The position numbers and the translations under genes were made by a program. DNA of 64,000 bases, from assembly GCA_010356995.1 (NCBI GenBank), contig ML996689.1, positions 62,001-126,000 of the forward strand, read 5' to 3'. The notes below the pieces were generated by a model, which was given only the letters and a program-made list of their open reading frames with translations, had not been told where the DNA came from and did not search any database. Below, one piece after another: positions 23,001 through 35,749 of this stretch (the stretch's first letter is position 1; each line of letters starts with the position of its first letter). The DNA comes from Trichodelitschia bisporula (lineage: Eukaryota).

Positions 23001-24500
23001 AGTACAACACCACAACCAGCATCACCGTAACTGTGGACTAGAAGCCAGGTCTACCCGCCCGCTGGTGCCGTAGGCTAGGGGAGGAGGATGAGTAGGAACG
23101 GTGGATAGGTACCAGAGCATGCCATACAGAGTCGCATGGCTCATGAATGATGAACAATTGAACATGGTCCCTGGGCATGTTCATGTACTTCTACGAGTCG
23201 TGAAATAGGGTCGGATCTGATGTTTTCGCTTCACGAGATGGTAGTGCTGCTTTCTCGGGATGAAAACGCCATGGTCATCAGCTCATGCATCTCGTATCCC
23301 TCTCTCGTTAACCCCCTTCTCTCGTCTTTGATCAAGAAACCTCCCTTCTTCCCAAAGCGTCTAGACCAGGGAACATTTTTGTGCCTTCGCGCCTGTCCAG
23401 GGCCTTGTTCGTCATGCCAATTAGGGTTTAGCGGCTTAGCGGTCCCCCTCGCTCCTCTCTTTCACGCAGCGCTACAGCGGCACCAGGCCGTCTCCCCCCC
23501 CCCCCCCCCGTCCGCCCCATTCCTCCCCTTCCTACCCATCCACCCACCTACACCATCTCCTCCTCCTCCCAAGGCCACCACCCAAGGCTACTCTCCCTAA
23601 ACTCTCTCTCCCCAATCTCATCTCTTCATTCTCCCCCTCTCTATTCCCCCCGTAACCTCCACTAAAAGTTCCACCTTCACTTCTCTCCTTCTCTCCCCTT
23701 GTCCCTTATCCACACACCCTCCTCTTCTCTCCCGACCCTCCCCTTCGTCTCCCCCGAATCGTGGTCCAACAGTCTGCACGGCCAACTCCGCGCTACAACT
23801 TCCCGCCACCCTTCCCCCCCATCGCCAACATTCCCGCAATTCTCCCTTCGATTCCTACGGAATCACGTCGCTCCTTTCGCTCCTCGAGTCCATCCTTCGC
23901 TCATTCGTATAATCGCTCAAGCGGACCCTCACGTCCACACGCCGCTCCTTAATTCAGACTTCAAAACGCACAACGTCAAAACAGCGGACTGGCTCCGAGT
24001 CGCTCTTTTTCGCTGCGCGTCGCCCATTCTTTGTCGCCGACAATTCAGCGTACCAGGCGGGGCCTTTGTTGTGGAGTGTGTCTAGACGCTTCGGTCAAAG
24101 AGCTTGGGCTTTGAGGGTTGGAAAGAAAGAGGACAAGGAGACGAGAGGTCAAAGAGAGAGGACGAATCGGCCGGCACCAGCAACTCGCAAACCACCAAGT
24201 CACCCCGTAGCTCGATCGAGGCGATGATGGTTTAGTTCGCGCCGCCGTCAATCCTTCACCTCACATTCTCTTCGTCGATATTTGCGCATAGTTTGGTGCG
24301 TCGCGGTTTCCGTCTCGAGCAGACATCGTGGACATCGCTGACCGTTCGCAGGTCCCTCTTTAGTCAGACTTTGTTCTGTCAAGTACACTCGTTTATACTA
24401 CGTCCTGACAGTACGTTGATTGGCACTGTGAGAGGCCTGGCTGACTTCTTACAGTATAACGATCCTTGATACCCACGGCTCGACTGCTAAATCTAATACA

Positions 24501-26765
24501 ATGCGGATATCTACAGCAATCTGGTTCGCGTCCCTCGGCCTGGTTTCCTTCCATGGTCCCTTCACACTGGCTGAGGCCGCGCCGGCACCGCAACAGCAAC
24601 AACGAGATCGCCCGCGGTACTACTTCCCCCGGCACGTAAAGCGCCAAATCACGTTCCCCAACACCACCATCCCCTCGGTTGCGCCGGTCGTGGAGCCCGT
24701 GCCATCACCCTCGCTGGATCCCTCACCGGTGGCACCCGTCGTATTACCGTCAAGTAGCGCCCCAGCGATAGTTCCCAATGTGCTTCCGTCAGGCACACTC
24801 GAGTCTATCCAGTCGGTGCTCGGCTTGCCACCTACAACACCGTCAGCGGCCCCGTCGGTTGTCGCCCCTGTCAGCAGTTTCGTAGCGTCGAACTCTGTGC
24901 CGTCGGGCGTGATTGTCGGCCTCTCAACCATCATCTCTGGGTCTGGCGCCGGCGCCGGCGTCGGCAGCGGTGAGATCGAGCCCCCGACCAGTGCGCCGGC
25001 ACCGGTAGCGTCGGCGACAGCAGCTCCGGCCCTGGGCCTGTCCTCGGTATTAAATGGCCTGGTAGGGACTGCTCCGGCCGCCCTACCCTCCGTCGACCCG
25101 CTTGCGCTGCTGCCCAGCGCGTCGCCGCTGCCGAGCATTTCGCCGCTTATCGGGACAGCGCCGCCCTCTGTGGTTCTGCCCTCTGCTAGTCTGCCGGCTG
25201 CTGCTCTGCCATCGGACGGTATTCTTCCCAGCGTGCTCCCTTCTGTGAGCGCGCTTCCCAGCGTGGTGGTTCCGAACGTCTTGCCCAGCGGCAGTGACGT
25301 ACCCGCAGTCCTACCGAGCGGCAGCGATCTGCCCAGTGTCTCTCTGCCAGGTGCTTCTCTGCCAGTCAGTGCTGGGCCCACCGGCAGCGACCTTCTCGGC
25401 GTGCTGCCGTCTGGTACCGGCATTCTCGGCACTGGCACAGCGCCCACGCTCCTTCCCACGGCTGCTCCCTCTGGCAGCGACGTTCTCGGCCTACTGCCGC
25501 CCGTCTCTACCAGTGGCTCGACTACCGCTTCCGATGCTGTTGCCGGCGCATCCGACACTAGCACCGCCTCGGTACCGGTTGGCACGGGCACCACGGCGTC
25601 CACGACTGACAGTGGAAGCACCACGCCTACCGGCACGGCCTCCGACGTTCAGGGCGTTCTTAATGCTTCGGGTACGGGCACCACCACGGCTTCGGATGCG
25701 TCCGCCACTGTCTCCGGCATTACACCGCCCAGCGGTTCCGCAGGCCTCACGGGTGCCCTTGCCAGTGAAACCAGCGTGAGCCCAACTTCCGTCACGGCCA
25801 CCGCCACGGCGACTGCGTCGGACACCACCGATGCGGCAGACCTCCGCCAGGGCCAGTCGACCACCGGCTTCACCATCATCCCCACCGGCACCGACTCCAA
25901 CACCGTCCTCCTAGCACCCACCTCCCTCCTCGTCCAGCCGTCGCAAACCGGCAAAACAACCTCCAGCGCGCCCTCGGGCATCCCATCCAGCATGCCAAAG
26001 GTCATCGCACCCCCCGGCGGGCCCCAGCAAAAGCCCGCAAACACGACCCTCGTGCAAATCGGCTTCACGCACGAACTCAACTACGGCTTCGTCGCCAGCA
26101 ACCCGACCTCCGCGCGCCAAATCTTCGACTTCCTCCCCCGTGGCATCTCCGACGGGCTCCTCCTCGCCGGCGACCCCTACACCCAGGCTAAAATGCAGTC
26201 CCTCCAGCCGTACGACACGTCCAAGGCTATGGGGTACATCACCACGCTTGCGCTCCTCTACGTCCCCTCGGATATGGTCTCGCAGCTCGCGGTCGACCTG
26301 CACACGCCCAATTCGCCGCTGTATAACAACCCCGATGCGACGGTCGCGACGCTCATGTCTTTCGTCAACCCCGCCCTGCCCCTCCTCGCCGGCCAGCCCC
26401 TCGATGGCTCAACGCCCACCACGGACAAAGGCGCCGCAGCATCGCAATCCGCTGCTGCGAACGGCGGCGCCGCACCCTTCGGCGGCGACGCCGGAAACAG
26501 CGAGACGGTGCGCAGCTCTGCGGCTGCGATCTCGGGCTCCGTGGCTGCGGGCGTTATGCTCTATGGCGCGGCGATGGCATATGTGGCCCGTCGGTATAGG
26601 AAAAAGAAGCAGGGGCATCAGCGCGCGAGTAGCATTGGGGGGAGTGGGGATTGGGCGGGGAATCGGGGGAGTCGCGGGAGTGATGGGAGTAGTAATGGGC
26701 GCAGTGTGAGGACGGCGGGGATTTCGGCGCCGGTTATGGCGGAGAATAGTTTGGGGTGGAATTAG
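24501..26765 (+). CDS. MSB2: Signalling mucin Msb2/Hkr1 family
   Basis: Signal peptide, RPRYYFPRHVKRQ, long S/T/P-rich region, HMH domain (VQIGFTHELNYGFV..QIFDFLP..LQPYDT..YITTLAL..INP-like), one TM segment and a tail ending ISAPVMAENSLGWN. Confidence 0.92.
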   Translation: MRISTAIWFASLGLVSFHGPFTLAEAAPAPQQQQRDRPRYYFPRHVKRQITFPNTTIPSVAPVVEPVPSPSLDPSPVAPVVLPSSSAPAIVPNVLPSGTLESIQSVLGLPPTTPSAAPSVVAPVSSFVASNSVPSGVIVGLSTIISGSGAGAGVGSGEIEPPTSAPAPVASATAAPALGLSSVLNGLVGTAPAALPSVDPLALLPSASPLPSISPLIGTAPPSVVLPSASLPAAALPSDGILPSVLPSVSALPSVVVPNVLPSGSDVPAVLPSGSDLPSVSLPGASLPVSAGPTGSDLLGVLPSGTGILGTGTAPTLLPTAAPSGSDVLGLLPPVSTSGSTTASDAVAGASDTSTASVPVGTGTTASTTDSGSTTPTGTASDVQGVLNASGTGTTTASDASATVSGITPPSGSAGLTGALASETSVSPTSVTATATATASDTTDAADLRQGQSTTGFTIIPTGTDSNTVLLAPTSLLVQPSQTGKTTSSAPSGIPSSMPKVIAPPGGPQQKPANTTLVQIGFTHELNYGFVASNPTSARQIFDFLPRGISDGLLLAGDPYTQAKMQSLQPYDTSKAMGYITTLALLYVPSDMVSQLAVDLHTPNSPLYNNPDATVATLMSFVNPALPLLAGQPLDGSTPTTDKGAAASQSAAANGGAAPFGGDAGNSETVRSSAAAISGSVAAGVMLYGAAMAYVARRYRKKKQGHQRASSIGGSGDWAGNRGSRGSDGSSNGRSVRTAGISAPVMAENSLGWN

Positions 26766-27843
26766 GCGGCTTGGTAGGTGGGGTGCTCGCGCTCTGATCC
26801 TGTCTCGTTGCCTCGTACGCCTTGGTCTGTGGTGATCTTGGATAATGTTTGGATATGGCCGGCGGAGGATGCCGGCAAGGGGTTTTGGATGTGATGGAGT
26901 TGCAAAACGGGCGGATGCGATATACCCCCTCTTTGCGCTACTTTTGCACCCGCTTACTACAGTCGAGTCGCACGACTCTTTTTCTTTTTTCTTGTGGTTG
27001 GAGAGATGATCTGGAAGAGGATTTTGGGGTTGGATTTAGGGGTTTGGTGTGCTTTGTTCTTGGGCGGGACGGATCGTTGAGATATCCCCTTCGTTTTTTT
27101 TGAGGTTGGGCACCCTGGTGAAGGCGGGTGTTTGTATCGATATTGCGTCGTTGGCGGGGACTGCGAGAGTAGCCTCCCGCCGCGGTAGCTACCAATTCGC
27201 ATGAACTGCGGAATACTCTTTTCCTTTTTCTTCGTTTCTAGAGGGGGGGTTTCGGTGCATTGGTTGGTGATGAGGGTTGATGAGGTGAGGGGCGGTGTCT
27301 GGGGAGGGTCTAGGGAGGAGCCCGCGGGGGATGGGAGTGTATATAGTTGATGTTGGGGGGGTGGGGGGGGGGGGGTAGTTAGTAATGGAGTATTTTGCTT
27401 CGAGATTTGTCGTGGTGAAGTTGAGGTTCTGCAGGTGGTTAGCAAGGCTGGTGAGACTTCGCGATGGCTGGCGGGACATCGTGCCTCTATGCCATTTGCC
27501 TTGCCCTTAGTTCTAGAATCACACTCGGAAGCTTTCTATGTTCTGTAGAATTGTCGCTGATTGAAAGCTCTCAGTTTGTTTCTGTTCCTGCTGAAGTCGC
27601 TGTGGCAACTCGCACATTCCAGTCTGCGACATTTGCTCGTGATGAGCATTCTGTGGAAGGAACTCTTCGACGAGACCGTCGAAACACAGGTCATGCACCC
27701 ATTAATCCAAACATTCAGATAGAGCTTAGAGCTCATCCTCATGCATTGTACGGGCATCTACGGAACCCCTCATGCCCAATTCTACCCTCTGAACCCACCT
27801 TTCCACTCCCACTTCACACCATTTCACAGTACCTCACAGTGAC

Positions 27844-27875
27844 ATCGGAATGGCCGAGTGGTTAAGGCGCCAGGC
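27844..27875 (+). pseudogene. 5'-half tRNA fragment (Leu/Ser-type D-arm)
   Basis: ATCGGAA-TG-GCCGAGTGGTTAAGGC-G-CCAGG gives an acceptor 5' strand, a perfect A-box/D-arm and an anticodon 5' stem. No matching 3' half was found. Confidence 0.5.
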
Positions 27876-27936
27876 CCATGGAGCCCTTGAATTTTGCTCT
27901 TTATCTTTTAACTGCAGTTCGTGTCTCTTATTACTT

Positions 27937-28008
27937 GGGCTTGTGGTTTAGTGGTATAATATCCGCTTAGCATGCGGATGGTCCCGGGTTCGATTCCCGG
28001 CGAGTCCA
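27937..28008 (+). tRNA. tRNA-Ala(AGC)
   Basis: 72-nt cloverleaf with a G3:U70 pair, anticodon arm TCCGC-TTAGCAT-GCGGA and T-loop GTTCGATTC. Confidence 0.97.
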
Positions 28009-28945
28009 TGCTTTCGCTCCAGTGGTCTAAGACTTTGTCTTAACCTCTGGAGCGGCATCCTTTTTACTCATTTGATGGATGAATTTTTTTTTATGTTGGA
28101 TTGAGAAGGGGATGGATGGACGGTTGGGTGGGGTCAGGACTGTGGTTCGTGGTGCAAAGGGCGAAGTCTTTCGTCGTCGCCCTCCCGATAGTCGCTGCTT
28201 CTTCCGCAGCGGAAACCAGCACAAGACACTGCAACAGCCTTTTTGGAACGCGGCTGCGAACTTTTAGCCCTCCACTAAAAACGGCGTCATAGCAATACTT
28301 AGCTAGTATTATATCTCCTCCCACGCAGCCAGAAGAATGCTCATGCCCAGTAGGGAGGGCGCCACGACTTTTTCGAATAGCACTTGGCGGAGACGGAGAC
28401 GGAGACGTGGGAGATAGCATTGCTGGCTGAAGGTTCGACGTAGCAGCCAGGTGGCAGTGTCTGCATGGTTATTGCTGTACAGAAGGTATACTAGGTCGTT
28501 GACGCTTTAGATTCTAATCTGTGAGAAGTGAAAGAGCGTCTAACGCTTCAGACTCCAAATCTAGAGAAACTAGTGGGTGCCAGCCTTTGATGATAGCCTT
28601 TCGCCTTCAATTTCTCGCAGCTGCAAAAGCATACTTGGACAAAGTCTCCCTCACTCCTCCGTCGTTCTTCGGCTCGCTCAAAACTCAGCCTTCCCACTCC
28701 CAAACTCCACCGTCGTTCTTGAGCTCGCCCCAACCTCGAGTCTTCCCCTCGCCCAAAACCTCTCTCCCAGTAAAACGAATGCACCCCCAACCTCAGTTCC
28801 TCACAAGCGCATCCACAGCGGGAACGTTTTAACCGGCCGCCCTCTCGGTCCTATTAGCCTCACCATCGAACCGGTCTTTGTGGCTCCAGGGCTCGGCACC
28901 CCGAGTAGCAAAAAGAAGCGCCATCGCTGGTTTCGCTGGTTTCGC

Positions 28946-29026
28946 TGGACTCGCCGGGAATCGAACCCGGGACCATCCGCATGCTAGATATGCTAAGCGG
29001 ATATTATACCACTAAACCACAAGCCC
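28946..29026 (-). tRNA. tRNA-Ala(AGC) with a 9-nt anticodon-loop insertion (intron-containing gene or pseudogene)
   Basis: Identical to 27937-28008 except for 9 extra nt (sense TATCTAGCA, + strand 28982-28990). Confidence 0.85.
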
Positions 29027-29360
29027 GTTGCTGTACCGGTGGGGTACGGGGAAAGGCTGAACGACGGCTGAAGGGGGTTGTGTGCTGAGACTCGGGCCGG
29101 GGGGTTGGTGGGTCCCGGGCCGATGGAAGTTCGCGAGAAGTTCGTCTGTTGGGATGTTGCTTGCCAGAAGACAGCTGGAAGGAAGACTAAGACGCTGATT
29201 CGGTGAATACACGAACTTGATGAACAAAAATGCAACGGAATGGGTATACGGATCGTTCAAACCCGGATATCAACCCGCCCATCCTCTCCGCCTTCCCGCA
29301 GTTTATACACTCTCGCCTCAGCGTCCAAAACAGCAAAAAGAGCAGCCGAAGCCGACATCA

Positions 29361-29432
29361 TGGACTCGCCGGGAATCGAACCCGGGACCATCCGCATGCT
29401 AAGCGGATATTATACCCCTAAACCACAAGCCC
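29361..29432 (-). tRNA. tRNA-Ala(AGC)
   Basis: 72 nt. One D-loop substitution (AGGGGT vs AGTGGT) relative to the + strand copy. Confidence 0.95.
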
Positions 29433-29520
29433 TATTGCTGATATCTAGCCTCGTGGCTAACGTTGATGTGTGCCCTCTCCTGCCACCTCTCCTCCCCCTC
29501 TCGCCTTCATCGCTGTTGGA

Positions 29521-30261
29521 TCAAAACCCCAATTCCGCCCTCATAGCCTCCCTCACAACCCCCCCACACAAGCGGGCATGCGGATTCGCCACAACCGCCA
29601 TTCCCCTCCCCACTTCTCCCCCATACACACCCGCCATGAAGAAACACCGACTACCCTCCTCCTCCAGCGCCACCTTATCCCCTTCCAACCCCAACTCCTC
29701 CCCATCCCCATCCCCTCCCCGCTTCGCAGCTTCCCACACCACAGCCCCGCGCTGCGTCCACGCCACCGCCAGCACGCGGGCTTGAGCCGGGCTCACGGCT
29801 CCACCTGGCGGAGGTGTGGCGAGGCTGATCGCGGTGTCGCAATCCGCGAGCGCGGCGCGCATCGCCGTGCTACGCTCTGGGCACGCTGGGTGCCCTGCCC
29901 ATTGCCAGCGGCGCACTTGCGCGCGGTTGTTCCACGCGCTCGCATAAGCAGGCTCATCCGCCACGAGCTTGTCGAGGAGTTTGAGCGCGGCAGATGCCGT
30001 GGCCACGCGGTCGGGGGGGCTAGGCCTGGACTGGCTGGCCTCGCGGTGCTTGGCCTCGTACGCCTCGACCAAGCTGATAGCCTCGCGCTCGCGCTTGCGC
30101 AGAGACAGGAGCCTGGAAGCGGGGACGTGTGGATCGGGCGGGAGGGAGGGGGTTATTGTTGGACCTGGGGTGGGGGCTGCGGAGGGGTCGAAGAGGGTTG
30201 TTAGGATGTGGGTGTCGTGCGGCGAGAGTGCTGCCGATGCCATTGTTATTGCCGAAGCCAT
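29521..30261 (-). CDS. TTC36-like tetratricopeptide repeat protein (probable HmgX-type HPPD accessory factor)
   Basis: DTHILTTLFDP, PAYASAWNNRAQVRR, ALADCDTAISLA, AWTQRG and ANPHARLCGGVVREAM align by eye with metazoan TTC36 as I recall it (DQAVLQAIFNP, ASAYNNRAQARRL, FVQRG, LNPYAALCNRML). Start at 30243, 30261 or 30264. Confidence 0.8.
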   Translation of the reverse strand: MASAITMASAALSPHDTHILTTLFDPSAAPTPGPTITPSLPPDPHVPASRLLSLRKREREAISLVEAYEAKHREASQSRPSPPDRVATASAALKLLDKLVADEPAYASAWNNRAQVRRWQWAGHPACPERSTAMRAALADCDTAISLATPPPGGAVSPAQARVLAVAWTQRGAVVWEAAKRGGDGDGEELGLEGDKVALEEEGSRCFFMAGVYGGEVGRGMAVVANPHARLCGGVVREAMRAELGF

Positions 30262-30888
30262 CATCTGTGGAGAGGGGAAGGCCGATGTGGTCCCGCGGGA
30301 GGAGGCGCCGATAGGCGTATATGTACGTCCGCCCCACGCAAACCGCGACGTCACGCAGCCTTGCGCGCGCAGGACCGCCGCACCAACATTCCACAACACT
30401 TACCCCGCCCCTGCAAACATCTTCATGGCCAGTAACACTCCTCTCCCACTATCTTAAAGCACAGTAAGCCCATTGAATGCACGCGCGGCTGCCGATCCCT
30501 ACCACAGTACACTCCAAATCCGTTGATATCCGCACTTAGCCGCGCCCGCCCAAAAGCAGATCACGAACCCCTCCCCCCCATGCCGCGCGCAGCGCAGTCG
30601 CACGAATAAGCTTGCAGCCTCAGCGGCCGGCGCAAAGCGCAAGAAGTAAGACGCTGCTGCGTTGACGTGGTGGATGCGTGAAATCAAGGATGGGTGGATA
30701 ATGGATGGAGGCGCGGCGATGTCACGCGATAAGGAGTGCGAGGACGGGAGGGGAGTGGTATATCAAGCTGTTTCCGGCGCTGTGTGAGGCTGATATCGAA
30801 CTCAAGATTGTTCTGCCAGTGCAACCGCAACTTAGACCTCACTCTTTACCTCAAATCACACCCTCCATATCGACCAATCCACCCCAAA

Positions 30889-32234
<1,346 letters not shown>

Positions 32235-32241
32235 GAGTAAT

Positions 32242-33078
32242 TCATGGCAGTGTAAGACTCTCCAGACTCCGGTCTACGACGGGCATGTGCGGCACCAACT
32301 GGTTCGGGTCGCGCATGACGGCGGGCACGTCGGCACGCCCGACGGCAAGCTTGCTTTTGACTTTGTCATACGTATCCTCGCGCGCCACGTACTCGCGGAT
32401 GACCTGACGCGTGGCGAACTCGACGAAGACGCGCGTGTCGCGGATGCGGAAGAGTACACCGTCGAGGCGCAGGAAGAAGCGCGACAATAGCAGTAACCGC
32501 GCAGGCATGACGCGGATCTTGCACGAAAGCATCGCAATGCCGTTGTCTGCAAGCTCGTCTTCGTAGAGCACGACCTCGTCGAAGAAGATTATGGGATCGG
32601 GCCGAGTAAGCAGATGCAGTGGGATCTCGGCATCCGATGGTGACAACGGCGGTCCGGTGGTTGTGCCTTTGAAGTCGGTGCTGTACGACCAGTCGAAGGG
32701 CTTGACAACCTCCTTGATGTCCTCATGCACGTGTTGCCTGACAGTTAGCATGATAGGCGGAGGAAAACACGAACAATACCTGTTCTTCTGCCACTCCGAT
32801 GAGTACGCGACTTTGAGCATAGAGCCGCCGGTCTTGTCGACGCGGTCTAGGGCGTCAAATGCCGAAAATCCAATCGACCAGCCGCTCTGTTTATGCTCGA
32901 TGGTCACGCCGTTGTCTCCAAAGATCATCTCCGGCGGCGTGATGCCGAGCTGGGCCGTCATTTGTTCGATGGGGCCGGCCTTGAGGATGGGCAGCTTGTG
33001 CGTCGTAATGGTGAAGCCAGACTGTGTGACCGACTGACCGGCATCAGCTTGCAAAGGAAAATGAGCGGTGATGTCCAT
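32242..33078 (-). CDS. TIP41: TIP41/TIPRL type 2A phosphatase activator
   Basis: [38 protein letters not shown] and [17 protein letters not shown]. In-frame 42-nt intron at 32738-32779. Alternative start at 33102. Confidence 0.95.
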   Translation of the reverse strand: MDITAHFPLQADAGQSVTQSGFTITTHKLPILKAGPIEQMTAQLGITPPEMIFGDNGVTIEHKQSGWSIGFSAFDALDRVDKTGGSMLKVAYSSEWQKNRYCSCFPPPIMLTVRQHVHEDIKEVVKPFDWSYSTDFKGTTTGPPLSPSDAEIPLHLLTRPDPIIFFDEVVLYEDELADNGIAMLSCKIRVMPARLLLLSRFFLRLDGVLFRIRDTRVFVEFATRQVIREYVAREDTYDKVKSKLAVGRADVPAVMRDPNQLVPHMPVVDRSLESLTLP

Positions 33079-33296
33079 CTTGGACGCAGTGGGGTGGTTC
33101 ATCGTGGGCTGGTGGGTTGGTGGGGTTGTGGTGGTTCAACTGCGATCCGAAGTTGTGGTGGCTTGACTCGCAACCCGGCGTCGTGGCGCATCACGTGCTC
33201 AGTTGCCCCGCAACCAGTGTTTCATGGCATCCGAACCCTATCTCGAGCATCGCCATCACAACATCGCAACATCACCTACCAAACACTCTCTACACC

Positions 33297-34569
33297 ATGG
33301 CCTCCGATCTTGAATCACGCTTCGAGGCGATTAGCATCAGCGACGAGAATGAGACCAGCGTACCGACGTACAGCAAGTCCAAGGTTCGTCGTCTGCAATT
33401 ATTCACGTTTTATCTAACCTTCCAGGGCTCGCTGTCCACGGCCATCACCATCACAGGTCTGGGTACCACGGCAAACCAGGCTCGCATGAAGCTCCCGCTT
33501 CAAAAACTGCAAGCACCGAATGCCAAACCAACGGCTACCATCACAAAGGTCACCCTGCCCTCGCAAGCGGCTCAGCAATTCCCAAAAGACGGCTACAGCG
33601 CCCGCACTCCACCCTTAGAGTCCGCCCTCCGCGGCTCCGAGCCGCAGCTCCTCGCTCAACCGCGCCAATTCCACCTCGGCATGTTTGAGATCGGAAAGCC
33701 GCTGGGCAAGGGCAAGTTCGGGCGTGTGTACCTGGCCAAAGAGCGGTCATCGGGCTTCGTGTGCGCGCTCAAGGTACTACACAAGTCGGAGCTGCAGCAC
33801 GGCGGCGTGGAGAAGCAGGTACGCCGCGAGATTGAGATCCAGTCCAATCTTGCGCACACCAATATCCTGCGTCTTTTTGGTCACTTCCACGACAGCAAGC
33901 GAATCTTTTTGATTCTTGAGTTTGCGGCGAAGGGCGAGTTGTACAAGCATCTGCGCAAGGAGACGCGCTTCCCTGAGTGGAAGGCTGCGCAGTACATTGC
34001 GCAGATGGCGTCGGCGCTCAAGTATCTCCATCGCAAGCACGTCATCCATCGCGACATCAAGCCGGAGAATATCCTCGTCGGGATTCACGGCGAGATTAAG
34101 ATCTCCGATTTTGGCTGGAGTGTGCACGCGCCGACGAACCGCCGCAAGACCATGTGCGGAACTCTCGACTACCTGCCCCCAGAGATGCTCAAGCCGGGGA
34201 ACAGCGATGGGTACTACAGCGAAAAGGTTGACCTGTGGAGTTTGGGTGTGTTGACGTACGAGTTTCTCGTCGGCGAGGCGCCGTTCGAAGACACGCCCAT
34301 CATGACCCAGCGGAGGATTGCACGATGTGACATGCAGGTGCCGGCTTTCATTAGCCCGGAGGCGAAAGACCTGATCAAGCGGGTATGTCTTGCCGTGTCC
34401 CTTTGTCTGGCATTAGCTGACCCAGTAGTTACTCGTTCTCGATCCTGAGAAGCGTATCCCTCTCGAGGACATCGAGCAGCACCCGTGGATCATCAAGCAT
34501 TGCGTCAAGGGCGAGCGGGCATACAACCGGGCCTCGGCGTCAAGCAAGTCGCGCAGCAGCGCCGAATGA
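33297..34569 (+). CDS. IPL1: Aurora serine/threonine kinase (Ipl1/Ark1)
   Basis: [49 protein letters not shown] and [16 protein letters not shown]. Introns at about 33384-33425 and 34383-34428. Confidence 0.95.
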
Positions 34570-34720
34570 TTATGAGCACGGCGCAAGGTCATGGGCATGG
34601 GATTCGGGCGTTCAGCGTGATTTGTTTGGCGGTAACAACGGTGTTGGGGCATGAGGCGTGAGGTGTATTGGGTCGTGATATTAGTTACAAGTTCAGTTAG
34701 CAGCCAGAGCGGCCGGCTAC

Positions 34721-35494
34721 CTATCTATAAATCTCATCAAACGGCCGGGTATCTGTAAAGCAGCTGTCCCACACCTCGTTAATGATGCGTGCGGCTTGTA
34801 CGTCATCTTTGATCTGAGGTCGGGCTGCGAGCGATAGCGTTGCCCGTCGCCGCACGCACTCTTGTAGTTGCTGTGTGATCTTCCATTGTCCGCGCTTGAA
34901 GAACTCGCGTGTGAAGCGGCACTCGCCACTCAGCATCGAGGCCCGAATCTCAGTGCATGCCTGGTGGCGCATGTTGTCCGGGTCGACCTTGAAGCGGACG
35001 TGGTCGTAGGCATGTACCATCTCGTGTGCCAGTGTGTCCTCGACCTGCTTGCGGTTGCGCATCTCGTTTGCGCATAGCAGGATGCCGTAGTTTGAGTCAA
35101 AGCCGCCGCTTTGGCTGGTCGTGCAGCGGCGACATCGCACGTTGTCGGAGTTGATCTCCGGGCCGATGTCTGCAATCTCCCGCTGCAGGAAGCTGACGAT
35201 GGGGCCTGGGGGCATTAGCTATGGATGTACTTTAGAACTAGAGTCGAGATGCGGCGACGCACTGTACTTGAACAACCAGTCTCTGCTCTCCTCACACCTC
35301 TTGCAGTCCGACTCCTCCTTGATCACATCCCGCGCCAACAGATACCCGCGCTTCTCCTCATCGGTGATCTCGCCCGTCAGCGCGCGAAACCACGTCTGCC
35401 ATGAATAGAAGCTGGTATCGACGTTTGCGGCCGAGTTGACCGGGACGGGGGGTGAGGCGGACGAAATATGGGCATCGGGTGAGGGGTTGGACAT
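34721..35494 (-). CDS. ATP23: Mitochondrial inner membrane metalloprotease Atp23
   Basis: [17 protein letters not shown] (HExxH), [14 protein letters not shown] and [15 protein letters not shown]. Intron at 35206-35262. Confidence 0.95.
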
Positions 35495-35749
35495 GCTGCT
35501 CGTGGCCTCCGAGGCGCTCCGTGTATTCAGTGAGGAAGGCGGTGCTAAGGCGTGGGAATGCGGAGGTGGAGGCCGTGAAATCCCGCGGGCATAGTTTCTG
35601 CAATTTCTTGCGGAGGTGATGCCGGAGGATCGCCGCGCACCGCGATGGATGCACCACCGCCGACTTCGGTCCCATGAATTTTAAAAATGACTCCGTCTAT
35701 AAACGTCCCACTTCTCCCCGCTGCAATTGGGGAGCACAACCCTGGCACG

